Shown here piece after piece: positions 37,716 through 50,678 of a DNA stretch of 64,000 bases. The translations under genes were made by a program, and so were the position numbers. The notes below the pieces were generated by a model. The model ran no database searches. It had not been told where the DNA came from and saw nothing but the letters and a program-made list of their open reading frames with translations. Position 1 is the stretch's first letter. Each line of letters starts with the position of its first letter. This stretch comes from Octopus vulgaris (Eukaryota): NCBI GenBank assembly GCA_951406725.2, contig OX597822.1:63302001-63366000 (forward strand), in the 5' to 3' direction.

Positions 37716-38752
37716 AATTTTAGATTCGCTCTGAAAATGTAAATGAATAAATACTTCTTTTTGTTTTGCTTGGTTTCTTCATCTCACATTGAGTTAAAAA
37801 TAAAGTGTGATCGTTCTCTCTAGTTTTATTTGTTTTTAAAATCTCATCAGAAAACAAATGGCCTCTTTCTCTGTCATCGGGGAGACTAATAGGTATCAAA
37901 CCGGTATGTAGTTAAACACGTGATACTATGAAGAGAAAGCGGGAGATTAAAGGTACATTACTCAGGTGCAATAAGGCAGAAAGAATTATACGTGGGTCAA
38001 TAAACTGTTGGAATTGATAACTTTAAGAGTGACACCGTCTGTAACTATTTAGAAAGTCTCATAGAGGGGAATCGCCGTGGAATACTCAAAAGTCATTTAT
38101 TTTCCTTATGTAAGAAACGTGAAGGTGCATGAATTAGCAGTTGGGTTCAAGATGGCATGATTGTGGTTTCGATTCTTGGATTGGGCAATGCGTTGCATTC
38201 TTGAGTAAAATACTTCATTTTACGCTGCTGCAGTCCAACCAAGCTGACAAAACGAGTAACCCTACGACGGACCAGCACCCTGTCCAGGGGAAGAATATAT
38301 ACGCCGCAGAATCCGAGAAAACGGCCTTATGAACCAATAGATTGGATCATTTCTTTTTTATCCATATAAGGAACACGTGTTCTCCCACAAGAAAACCTAT
38401 CAAATTACACTGGACAACAAAGATTTTGCTACTGGGGTAAAAGCATGTGTTTTAGACTAAATCAAGGATGTTGATTACGAATCCGCTCTCAGAATTGTTC
38501 TAGCACGTCAGGATTTTGAGTTATGCGCATGCGCAAGATTATAGCTATACTTTCGGTTGTATTAAAACAACGACTAAAATTTTTCTGAAACAGCAGCCCC
38601 ACTAATTTTATCTACGAGCTGCCACTGCTTAGGACTTATTCTTTGTAAACTTAGTACTTATTCTATCGGTCTATTTTGCTGAAGCACTAAGTTTTCTGGA
38701 ACATAAACACCCCAACATCGGTTGTCATGCGATGGCGAGAGAGAGAGGGACA

Positions 38753-38798
<46 letters not shown>

Positions 38799-38917
38799 CA
38801 TACACACAACAGGCTCCTTTCTGTTTCCATCTACCAAATCCTCTCACAAGGCTTTGGTTGGCCCGAAGCTATAGTAGAAGACACATGCCCAAGGTGCCAC
38901 GCAGTGGGACTGAACTC

Positions 38918-39058
38918 CACTAACGTAGTTAGTGGGGGGCGGTCCACCCCGTGCGGGACTTTTAGGTCTGCTTTAGGCAATATGCGTTTTTTGTGGAGTC
39001 CAGGGGCAACAAACGGGAAGGTCTACCTCAGGCGGCACACATTCTAGCTACGCTAGTG
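38918..39058. mobile_element. Short hAT-like MITE inserted in a SINE; relatives at ~54687-54815 and ~27552-27700
   Basis: TIRs cactaacgtagttag / ctagctacgctagtg; degenerate 8-bp TSD ctgaactc/ctgaacgt. Confidence 0.7.
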
Positions 39059-39269
39059 CTGAACGTGGAACCAAGTAGTTGGGAAGCGAGCTTCTTACCA
39101 CACAGCCACGCCTGCGCCCATGTAAAAATTTTATACCGGTAGGGAAAATATCTATCGGTATTTAGGTTCAGAGTTCAAATATCGCTAGAGTTGGGTTTGC
39201 TTTTTTATTCTTCCTGGGCCGATAACATAAATACCAGTCATGAACTGGAGTTAAACATAATAAAAATAA

Positions 39270-39510
39270 ATGCGCCCTTTTAAAGCCTAACCAGGTTCAT
39301 GGGCCCGGTTTCTATGGCGTATGTGTTCCCAGCTGGACGGGACGCCAGTCCATCACAGCGTTACTCATTTTTGCCAGCTGGGTGGACTGAAGCAACGTGA
39401 AATGAGGTGTTTTGCTCAAGAACACAACGCGTCACTCGGTCCAGGAATCGAAACCACAATTTAAACGATCATGATGCTGACACCCTAACCACTAAGCCAT
39501 GTGCTTCCAC
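39270..39510 (-). mobile_element. CORE-like tRNA SINE sharing tail type 3; relatives at ~29720-29950(+) and 38120-38335(+)
   Basis: Head gcacatggcttagtggttagggtg, core tgtgttcttgagcaaaacac, tail gatggactggcgtcccgtccagctggg. Confidence 0.78.
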
Positions 39511-39735
39511 GGAGTTATACAGAATCAACTATAATTATTTATCCAAATTTGAGGCCTCGTTTTTATTTTGGAAATCAAAAATCTATGTACAAACTATGTA
39601 TAAATCTATTTAAATGTTTTCTTCAAAAAAGACCATTAAGAGATGACGTGATTCACGACAGGTTCCAGCCTATTAATAAGTTCCTCTGTAGTATTAAGTG
39701 CGTTGTCCGGTCTCTTAAGAAGGTGTCTGTAAAAG

Positions 39736-39789
<54 letters not shown>

Positions 39790-40918
39790 TTATGTACGTA
39801 CGTATGTATGTATTACATATGCTTGCATGTATGTATGAACGCATGTATGTATGTATGTATGTATGTATGTATGTATGTATGTATGTATATGTGTATGTAT
39901 GTATGTATGTATGTATGTATGTATGTATGTATGTATGTATGCATGCATGTACATACGTACGTATGCATGTACTTCGACGTAGTTGCCTATTTAAAAAAAG
40001 AAATTATTTATGGCACAAAAACTCCAATTAGATTTAATCGTGATGTTTTCTCGAAGGCTGCAAAGGCTCTAATTCTGATTACGATAAATGGTCCCATTTG
40101 TTAGATAACCGAGGCAAAAATCATGAACTAAATAACAAACATTGATAGCTGTGGTGATGTGACCTCATTGAATGTAAATGAGTAAATGAGGAGAGATGAT
40201 AATGAGTCACATGTGAAGTGATTACACACGCCTACTTATGGGCAAAAGAATATGCTGCATTAATTAAAGACTAATGGTTTAGATCAGTGGTTCTCAGCCG
40301 TTTTTAGCTTAAGGACTCCCTTTGATTTTTATTTTACTCTCCCGGACCTTCGGGGCCATTCAGTGTATATTTTATCTTCTACTCGTTTCAATTACTAGCC
40401 GATGCGAGACAAGAAAGATCATTTGGTTTTATTGACTGTAATCGAAAGAAAAGTGATTGATAGTAAGGTCAAATTAATATTTTGTAGTATCAAAAAAACA
40501 AAAAAGGAAGAAAGAAAAAAAGAAAGAAAAGAAAAAAGGCATGACAGTCCATTCTTTATATCGTAGCAAAACTATGATAACAGGAGTTAATATATCTGGT
40601 TATTGTAATGCATGTCAAGTAATTGTAAATCAGCCCACTCGCAAGCGTTGTCTTAAAAAAAAAAGACACTTAAATCTTAGCTTATTTAGAGAGAATTTCA
40701 AAGGTAAATTGCACCCAAAGTTAAATTCATTGTGGCATGTCTTTCGGCTCTTTGCATTCTAAGTTCAATTCTCACCGTTGTCAACTTAGCCTTTGATCTC
40801 TCTGAAGTTGATAAAATAAAGTACCAGTGAAGTACTAGAGTTGATAGTATCGACTAATCCTTCACCACCACCACCACCACCACTTCCCATAAAAACTTCT
40901 GGCCTTGTGTTTAATTTA

Positions 40919-41007
<89 letters not shown>

Positions 41008-41902
41008 TTTAGCGGTAATTCACAATCATAATACATCTATCCTCGTTTATCACGGGGGTGGGGGTTAACGTGATATCTGAATCCGCGATAAATGAATCAT
41101 TTCTACGCACCTTGTAAAAGGAAAGAATGATAGCTTCATTGAGACACTTGCAGCCCACAGCAGAGAAACTTCCACCGTCAGGTATTTTCTAGATCAACTC
41201 TACTTTTTCCTATAGAGAATGCACTCGTTTGCCTCGTCTGTAAGGTTAATACATCGTCATGTTTTTTTTTCTGTTCATTTGTCGCATGTTGATGGATACG
41301 AATCCGTATTTCAAAAAATGTGTAGCGTCGCAGTACAGTCATGTAAATACAAGCGATAATCAGCACATTTCTAAGTAGTTAACATTGAGGGTGGTCGCTG
41401 AGATGCGTTTTTGCAATACAAGCAAAATTTTCGACTGATCGCCGGCCCGTATTTATCACAGGTAAATCCGTGATAAACGTAACACGGCTCATAATTGAGT
41501 ATACTGCGGCTACCCTGGGTCAGTGATGAATGAATCAGTGATAAACACAGCTAAATGAACTGTTCTCGAAGCCAGGAATGCTACAACTAATGTCAAAACG
41601 GATAATTTGAAACCCTTTAAATTAGCCAAATTAATTACATCAAAAGCATGGCCTGTTTTCTGAATGAAATTAAAATTGTCGCTTGAAATTTCCTAACAAG
41701 AGGCAAAAGACGAAAAAGAAGTTCTTTGGTGAAGATGGAAAAATTGGTGTCTATTACTTATCACATCACAGAATAGATTTAAGGTAGGAGCAGCGATGTA
41801 GCTAATAGGGGAACAAAGCGAGCGACCGCGCCCCCCAAGTACTTTTTTTAAAAGTTGGTACCTTTTCAACAATATTTTTAGCTTTTTAATTACCTATATC
41901 AG

Positions 41903-42126
41903 TACTCTTTTACTCTTTTACTTGTTTCAGTCATTTGACTGTGGCCATGCTGGAGCACCGCCTTTAGTCGAGCAAATCGATCCCAAGACTTATTCTTTGG
42001 AAGCCTAGTACTTATTCTATCGGTCTCTTTTGCCGAACCGCTAAGTTACTCGGTCGTAAACACACCAGCATCGGTTGTCAAGCGATGTTGGGTGGACAAA
42101 CACAGACACACAAACATATACACACA

Positions 42127-42185
<59 letters not shown>

Positions 42186-42369
42186 GTATATATATACATA
42201 TATACGACGGGCTTCTTACAGTTTCCGTCCAACAAATCCATTCACAAGGCTTTGGTCGGCCCGAGGCTATAGTAGAAGACACTTACCCTAGGTGTCACGC
42301 AGTGGGCTGAACCCAGAACCATGTGGTTGGTAAGCAAGCTACTTACCACACAGCTACTCCTGCGCCTAT
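41903..42369 (-). mobile_element. SINE family A copy; others at ~38630-39119(-), 44065-44230(-), 51878-52460(-), 56393-56771(-), 62618-63560(+, interrupted), 63576-63735(+)
   Basis: Full-length reverse-complement match to family A. Confidence 0.88.
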
Positions 42370-42778
42370 AAGTAGTTGTACGTTTCATAGATAATGACAT
42401 TGTTACTGAGGCATAAAATTAATACATATAGAATACAGTTACGTATATTATAACTAAAGAAATATTTCACGCAATATAAGAGAAATGAGTTTAAAATTGT
42501 TTGGTGTGTGTTATGGTGCCTTTTTTATGTGCTCGCTCCCACTGACTTTAGAACCTAGCTGCGCCTCTGGGTACAAGTATTTTACACCATATTTCACTCA
42601 AATATTCCACGCTGCATCTTCAACGTTGCATCTTTTCAACGCTGTATTTTATCAATAACAATAATAACGTAATAATGTTTCCGAAGGATAAATTTAAAAT
42701 GTAAAAGAATTAAAGTGTTAACGTGGAAGACGCATATTAAGAACACCAAAACACAATTATTGTTAACTTTACTTAAAC

Positions 42779-43129
42779 TATTACGGAGATGTACTTGCAT
42801 AGCAAGTGACCTGGTCTGAGATCGTGTGCTGGAACGAAAACAATTGCAGCGTGGAAGGTGTTTATAAGCCATTTAAGAAACACACACAAAACCGTTAGAT
42901 TCACTTCAATATTTAAATTTAATTTGTCAAAATATTTTCGTCGCTTTGAGACCGCGACCTGTTCACTGACAAAATTCCGATGCAGCACGGAATTTCGTCA
43001 GTGAATAGGTCGCGGTCTCAAAGCGACGAAAATATTTTGACAAATTAAATTTAAATATTGAAGTGAATCTAACGGTTTTGTGTGTGTTTCTTAAATGGCT
43101 TATAAACACCTTCCACGCTGCAATTGTTT
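42779..43129. repeat. Long palindromic element (arms ~142 bp, 42838-43129) with a unique ~60-bp extension
   Basis: Left arm is a near-perfect reverse complement of the right arm around atgcagca at 42980-42987; family members at 44992-45237 and 55586-55688. Confidence 0.9.
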
Positions 43130-43624
43130 ACTTACACATTTAGGATTTGTTATATGGTGTCAACATTTTCGTCGCATGAACAGTGACCTGGTTACAGTCT
43201 TGTCGGTAGCTAAGTCCGTGTTCGGGCGAAGAAAATTTTGAGAGTTATCCTGTATAATTCTTCTTTCTTTGCCAAGGTGTTGGAGAAGTTTAAACATTTA
43301 ACTCTAATATTTTTTTAAACAATCGTATTTTCGCCTCTTTCTTAATTCTCACAGTTTCTCCTTCCCATGAAAAACATTGCGTTATAAGACTTTGCTACGA
43401 GGCGATTGCCTCTTTCAATTTGTACAGTATATTACTAGTTTTTCATTCACCCCAAGCGTTATGAAAGGTGAATGTGTTTATTACGTATTATATTTCTAAA
43501 CGTATGTAGGAGTTACTTATTTCGAAATTTGAAAAGATTGGCCGAAAGGCCTAGGTAAATTTTGTAGAATTTTGTGTCATAACAAGTCATTCTCAAATCA
43601 ATTTGATCCTAACAGACAGTTCCA

Positions 43625-43704
<80 letters not shown>

Positions 43705-43878
43705 ACACACAGTTTCAAATCACCACCCCCTCACACAGTTTAGAAATCTTTCAAAGAAATTAAACAAGTGTACAGTCATTACTGTTATTTTATCAAAATA
43801 TCTCAATTACTCCTCTGAATTTCGTGAAGACCTTATACCTAATTCGTGGCCCGCTTTATTTTCAACAAAGCAATAACA

Positions 43879-43927
<49 letters not shown>

Positions 43928-44742
43928 GTACAAAGTAAGATAGGGGTTATGGGTGTAGCCCACTATGGGATAATATTTATCCAATATATTGTTGGTAAAG
44001 TACCCAGATTCTTAATACATATATAATTGAAAGAATCCCGTCGTATATATATATATATATATATATACGACGGGCTTCTTTCAGTTTCTGTCTACCAAAT
44101 CCACTCACAAGGCTTTGGTCGGCCCGAGGCTATAGTAGAAGACACTTGCCCAAGGTGCCACGCAGTGGGTCTGAACCTGAAACTATGTAGTTGGTAAGCA
44201 AGCTACTTACCACACAGTCATTCCTGCATACATACAGAACATTAATTTTCTCTATATCATACGAACAGTTTTAATATTTTATTTCCGTTTACACTGTTTC
44301 TTAATTTATATATCTTTAAAGTTACGCACATTACACGCTTTCTTTCCTTCTTTCGATTCGACTCGAAACATTCAAAATTTAATTACATATAAAATTCTCT
44401 ACATTTTCCCTTCAATAACAATGTAACTTACGTCCTTTCCCAAACATCATCCACTTACACATGTTTATTTATATATGTTTATTTATACATTCTGAAAATA
44501 TTTGAAGTATTTATTATCTTACGCTTCTCTCACCAAATATAGAACAGCTTCATTTTCAGACCTTATTCCGCACCTTCTTTGCATCGTCTTCCGCGCTTCC
44601 TTTTTTTCATCGTTGCATATTTTAGGAAAATGTCACCATTTCTAAGGAAAAAAAAACTTATTTAAAAATCTCTATCATACCATATCTATTGTGAGTGTAT
44701 AAGTTATATGCTTGCATGTGGTGGCTGTATACCTGTATATAT

Positions 44743-44778
<36 letters not shown>

Positions 44779-44991
44779 CAGGCTTCTTTCAGTTTCCGTC
44801 TACCAAATCCACTTGGTCGGCCTGAGGTTATAGATGTGAGATATGTAGAGATATTGCATTTGTAGATCTATTTTTTTATGCAGAATGGTATACATATAAG
44901 GTTCCAATACCTTATGAGTAAAATCCAATGATATCTAAAATTGGTCATTCCAAGTATAGAGTTTATACACAGTGTCTTTGAATCAAGTGTT

Positions 44992-45233
44992 AAACAATTG
45001 GAGTGTGAAAAGCGTTTATAAGCCATTTAAAAACACACAAAAATCGTTAGATTCACTTCAACATTTAAAATTATTCTGTCAAAATATTTTGACAGATCAA
45101 ATTTAAATGGTGAAGTAAATCTAACGATTTTTGTGCGTTTTTAAAAAGCTTATAAACACCTTTCACGCTGCAATTGTTTTAGTTTCAGCACACGATCTCA
45201 GATCAAGTCACTTGCTATGCAAGTTCATCGCCG

Positions 45234-45237
<4 letters not shown>
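44992..45237. repeat. Second, centrally deleted copy of the palindromic element, ending in (TA)n
   Basis: Arms meet at gtcaaaatattttgac; 45180-45237 is the reverse complement of 42779-42837. Confidence 0.85.
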
Positions 45238-45308
<71 letters not shown>

Positions 45309-45495
45309 GGTTCAGTAAAATTTAGATTCAGTTGAATATGGTACTTAAGTTAAAGGCACCAGAATTTAGTATGGTATTATCCATATAATTCAAAATGGGG
45401 TGATTATAATCAAAATAAGCAACAAGGATATCCAGAGATAATGCATTACCTCGGGATATCCTTGTTGCTTATTTTGATTATGTATATATATATAT

Positions 45496-45547
<52 letters not shown>

Positions 45548-45954
45548 ATATATATAGAGTGAAACCATATTTTGCACACACACACACCTATGTATATGTG
45601 TGTATAAAGCTACATACATATGTATGTATACTTGTGTATAGATGTATGTATATCGATATGAATATGCAGATACATATCCATTATATACTAATACATACAT
45701 GCTCAGACTTAAATAGAAAGAGTGGGGGCGTTACATTAAAATACTTCTCTGTCTCTACACGTCTATAAAGCTTCAGGAAATAGACTGAAAAAACAAAACA
45801 ACTGAAACAGCACGACAGCCAGCTGATAGAGGAAACCATTTGTGCACTACAGAGCAATTTGGATATGCATATATGTTAATATATATGTTGGAAATATATC
45901 CATATGAACATGTATCTAGAATATCGAAATTTTGCAAGAAATGTAAATGAAATT

Positions 45955-46703
45955 CTTTTCTACTCTAGACACAAGTCCCGAAGTTTTAGGGGAGGGGTTA
46001 GCCGATTAGATCGACCCCAGTGCGCAACTGGTACTTAATCTATCAACTCCGAAAGGACGAAAGGCAAATCGACCTCGGCGGAATTTGAACTCAGAACATA
46101 AAGACAGATGAAATACCTTATTTCTTTACTACCCACAAGGGGCTAAACACAGAGAGGACAAGCAATGACAGATAAACGGATTAAGTCGATTAGATCGACC
46201 CCAGTGCGCAACTAGAACTTATTTAATCAACCCCGAAAGGATGAAAGGCAAAGTTGATTTCGGTGGAATTTGAACTCAGAACATAAAGACAGACGAAATA
46301 CCTATTTCTTTACTACCCACAAGGAGCTAAACACAGAGAGGACAAACAATGACAGATAAAACGGATTCCAGTGCGCAACTAGAACTTATTTAATCAACCC
46401 CGAAAGGATGAAAGGCAAAGTTGATCTCGGTGGAATTTGAACTCAGAACATAAAGACAGACGAAATACCTATTTCTTTACTACCCACAAGGGGCTAAACA
46501 CAGAGAGGACAAACAATGACAGATAAAACGGATTAAGTCGATTATATCGACCCCAGTGCGCAACTGGAACTTATTTAATCGACCCCGAAAGGATGAAAGG
46601 CAAAGTCGACCTCGGTGGAATTTGAACTCAGAACGTAACGGCAGACGAAATACCGCTAAGCATTTCACCCGACGTGCTAACGATTCTGCCAGCTCGCCAC
46701 CTT
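45955..46703 (-). mobile_element. SINE family B tetramer
   Basis: Four cores; exact 15-bp TSD aatgtaaatgaaatt at 45940 and 46704. Confidence 0.9.
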
Positions 46704-47746
46704 AATGTAAATGAAATTGAAGTAGCCAGTTCATGTTCTCAATCAACTAAAATATTTATTTCTCTTTGCATTCACACCATGTTGCAACTTCTTACACTTG
46801 ATATCATTTCCATTACTGTTGAAGACAGTAGGCTGTTGTTTATTTCCTTTCTCAAAATCATTCTTACTTTACTTGTTATGATATTATAAAAATAGGATCA
46901 CGCTTGGTCGTACCGTATAAGAGACTGTCGCACGCGATCCCATTCTTAATAATTTATTTACTGACTATATAATACATGCAGCGGCAATACACATAAGTTT
47001 GGAATGACAACAAGATTTCTTTTTAAGATATATACATTATTTATTTTACATATTTTACAATCATGTGGATTCTAAGAGTTCGTAAGCGTTAGCATGTTTT
47101 TGTGTCTGTGTGTTCGTTAGGCGTAAAAAGGTACTGACTAGTGAAATGACGATGGGATTCTATTCACAGTTCATGTTGTTGGTATCGGCCTGGCAACAGG
47201 TAATAACAGATGGCTTAAGGTAGTTCTTAGAAGAACTAGAACCCAAGAACAGATAATTGATTTACCGTTTCAAGATATTGCGTATCGCAGTTGAGATTAA
47301 TTGAATCACTCGTTGTGTTTATCTTTCTCTTGAGATGAACATACTTCCAGATATGTTACTGTAGCCGTTTTTTCCGTGGCGAGAATTTCACCTAACCGCT
47401 ATAGCTGAATCTGTAGTTGTCTCGTGTTACTGTTTAAATCTTCGATGTTTGGCGCTTGGTTCTTGCTGCTTCTTCCTTATTTTCTGCTTGGTTATTTTTC
47501 TCTAGTTATAGATATCTTGTAACCGTTTTTCATGGTGATATTTCACACTAACAGTATAAGAGGTATCTGTAACATCTTGTATTAATGGTGGTCGCCTGCC
47601 TTCGGACTGGAACTTGGTCGAGTATTCTCTGTGTGGTCAGAGACTTAGCTCTTAAAAGAACTAAAAGCCTAAGACGAGCTCTGTGGTCAGCGGTTCGCCC
47701 TGAGAAGGGCTGGAAACCTAAGACGAATATTTGTTTGAGAAACCTT

Positions 47747-47900
47747 CTTTTATAAGCTTTATATGGCTCCCAATGAACTTCAGAAATGGAAAGCTGTGAT
47801 TGGCTGCTTGGAACTATGGCGCGAAAATAAGTCGAGACATTTTGCGCCAAGTTATAACCAGCGGTGCGAGCGTAGTAGAGACCAACGTGTCAGCCAATCG
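47747..47900 (-). promoter_or_regulatory. Pol II promoter-like cluster (E2F-like sites, CCAAT boxes, TATA), possibly a solo LTR
   Basis: TTGGCGCAAAA (47850-47840), TTTTCGCGCCA (47827-47817), AGCCAATC (47805-47798, and 47892-47899 on +), TATAAAAG (47754-47747), in promoter-like order. Confidence 0.45.
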
Positions 47901-49863
47901 AATTAGTGTTTACAACAATGTTGAACTAGCCAAAGCTGTTTGTAATCTCGACCGAGGTCATTCTTAATACTCTTCTCAAACAGTGAAGATAGCAATGAGA
48001 GACGATATTGCTACAATATCATTCACAATAAAGAGAATGGCACATTTAAGGAAACTTTTCCTTGGCTCCAGAGCAATTCTGAATCTGCTTAATCGAACAT
48101 CGGACGCCATTTATCTATTTGTTGGCACCAGAATTGTGGCTATTTAACTCCATTCAACATCGATCAAGCTGATACATAAGCAAAAATACATTTCAGCCGT
48201 GACCATCTCGTCTTTTTTCCAGATACATTGTATCGAGGAACGCATCAAGTGTAACACCCCTCCTTTTTTTTTAGGACAATAAGGGTGTGATTTATGGAAG
48301 ATTTGGATGCTATTTCTAGTAACAGCGACTCCATAGAAGCTGTCGCTCGGCTAGTGACGTTCTTTTCAATAGATCGCTATCCTTGTAATGGCAGTTGGAG
48401 ATGTGACTATTTAAATGCAAAGGTTGTCAGCGCATAATGGTCTTAGACAGCTGATCAGTCGACAGAATGCATTAGGGACTGGATTTAGCTAACGACTGTC
48501 GTATTCAGTAGTGCAGTAGCCGACAGCAAGAGCAGTTAAACACGAAGTCTGAGCTAAGCTGCTGACACATATTAACGTTCTTTAGTACATATCTTGTGAT
48601 CTTCTGAGGTACTTTTAACGAACTTTCATGGACAATCACGAGCATCAGAAAAAAAAATAGCTAAAAATAGGTCGGCAAATGGACTGATAACCTAGGTAGA
48701 TACAACTTGTGTTTTAAAAATAATCTACATGTAAAAAGTATATGTTGTCGTCGTCGTTATCGTTGTTGCTGTCTTCTTCTCTTCTTCCAATCAGGACTCA
48801 CGCCATTAGCCACAAAAAGAATAATCTCTAATTCGAGCCTGCTCTAAGCTACTAAGAATGCGTGTGGCAACTTGAAGATCCACTCACCACACGCGAAAGC
48901 TACGTTGTTATCCTCATTCCGTAAACGGTGGCTTTTAACGGGTGGAGAGCTGAACCATCCTGGGGTACAGATGATTTTCAATCTAGACTAGGGTCTGAAA
49001 GTTTACCACACCATAGTGGATTACACCATGGTTTCTCTGCTTTGTGTCAGAAGTAGGAAGAAAGAGTGAGAGACAGTTGTGGTGAAAGAGTATAGCGGGG
49101 TTCACCACCCCTCCCCGCCGGAGCCTCGTGGAGCTTAGGTGTTTTTGCTCAATAAACACTCACAATGCCCGATCTGGGAATGGAAACTGCGTTCTTACGA
49201 CCGCGAGTCCGCTATCCTAACCACTTGTTGTTGCTGTTGCTGTTGTTGAGTCCTAGTGAACTCTGTTCAAGCAAACCGATTGTCAAGTTTCCCAGCCGAG
49301 ACGATTTTCTTTTTTTCAGACACGCTGTATCTAAGACTGTGGAGGCGCAATGGCCCAGTGGTTAGGGCAGCGGACTCGCGGTCATAGGATCGCGGTTTCG
49401 ATTCCCAGACCGGGCGTTGTGAGTGTTTATTGAGCGAAAACACCTAAAGCTCCACGAGGCTCCGGCAGGGGATGGTGGTGATCCCTGCTGTATTCTTTCA
49501 CCACAACTTTCTCTCACTCTTATTTCCTGTTTCTGTTGTACCTGTATTTCAAAGGGCCGGCCTTGTCACTCTCTGTGTCACGCTGAATATCCCCAAGAAC
49601 TACGTTAAGGGTACATGTGTCTGTGGAGTGCTCAGCCACTTACACGTTAATTTCACGAGCAGGCTGTTCCGTTGATTCGGAAACTACAATGGTATAACTC
49701 ATTTTTCGCATAGGGCTCGGGTCGAAAGATGAAGGATGGTTTTAGGATGGCTTTCTTAAGGAAAGAAATTTTAACTCCAGGCCAGCCCTGTTCGAGAAGA
49801 CCTATTGATTAAAAGTTTTGGCCGTTATTTTCAAAAATTTTTTTCAATCATGACGAATCTTGG

Positions 49864-50486
49864 AATTTCTTGTAGCTAAACACTTTCAAACTTCGGACAC
49901 TGGTAGAATGTGTCATATAAAATATCTTTTACTCTTAGCGTTTTTGAGAAAAACTTATATTTACGAAGTTATTTCACGTTAAAGTTGTCGTATTTCGGTA
50001 ATTTCAACCAATCAATGACGTGTATTCAGCTGAATAAAATTACTGTCGTTGTTTGTCAACAACAACTATCGGCGATGTATTTTTCGTTTGTCACTGTTAT
50101 TTATGACATTGTTTGTGCGTTTGTACTGGTTTTAAGGTTTGAGGGTTAGGGTTTTAGAGTTAGGGTTTTAGGGTTAGGGTTAGGGTTAGAGTTTTAGGGT
50201 TTGGGTTATCATAAATAACAGTGACAAACGAAATATACACCGCCGAAAGTTCTTGCTGACAAACAACAGCAGTAATTTTATTCAGCTGAATACACATCAT
50301 TGATTGGTTGAAATTACCGAAATACTACAACTTTAACGTGAAATAACTTCATAAATATAAGCTTTTCTCAAAAATGCTAAGAGTAAAACATATTTTATAT
50401 GACACATTCTACCAGTGTCCGTAGTTTGAAAGTGTTTAGTTACAAAAAATTATTTTTTAAATCTGTAGGTCAAAAGGTAAAGATCC
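49864..50486. mobile_element. Foldback element: ~240-bp inverted arms around a TTAGGG-rich core
   Basis: 49864-50107 is the reverse complement of ~50208-50452; right end finishes gatcc and shares actggtagaatgtgt with the 33867 family. Confidence 0.85.
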
Positions 50487-50678
50487 TCGTTCTTTAAGCC
50501 ATCACCTTTTATTTTACTCACGTTTTATTTTATTTTACTAGAAATCTAGTTCGCCCTTGATTTGGCCTCTACAGAATAACTTCAACTGCGTATATCTTTA
50601 CTGCTGTCATTTGCCTACCTGTTCATAAAAATTTCGACTTTACAAACACAAACATATAAACATATTTTCTATAGCAAA

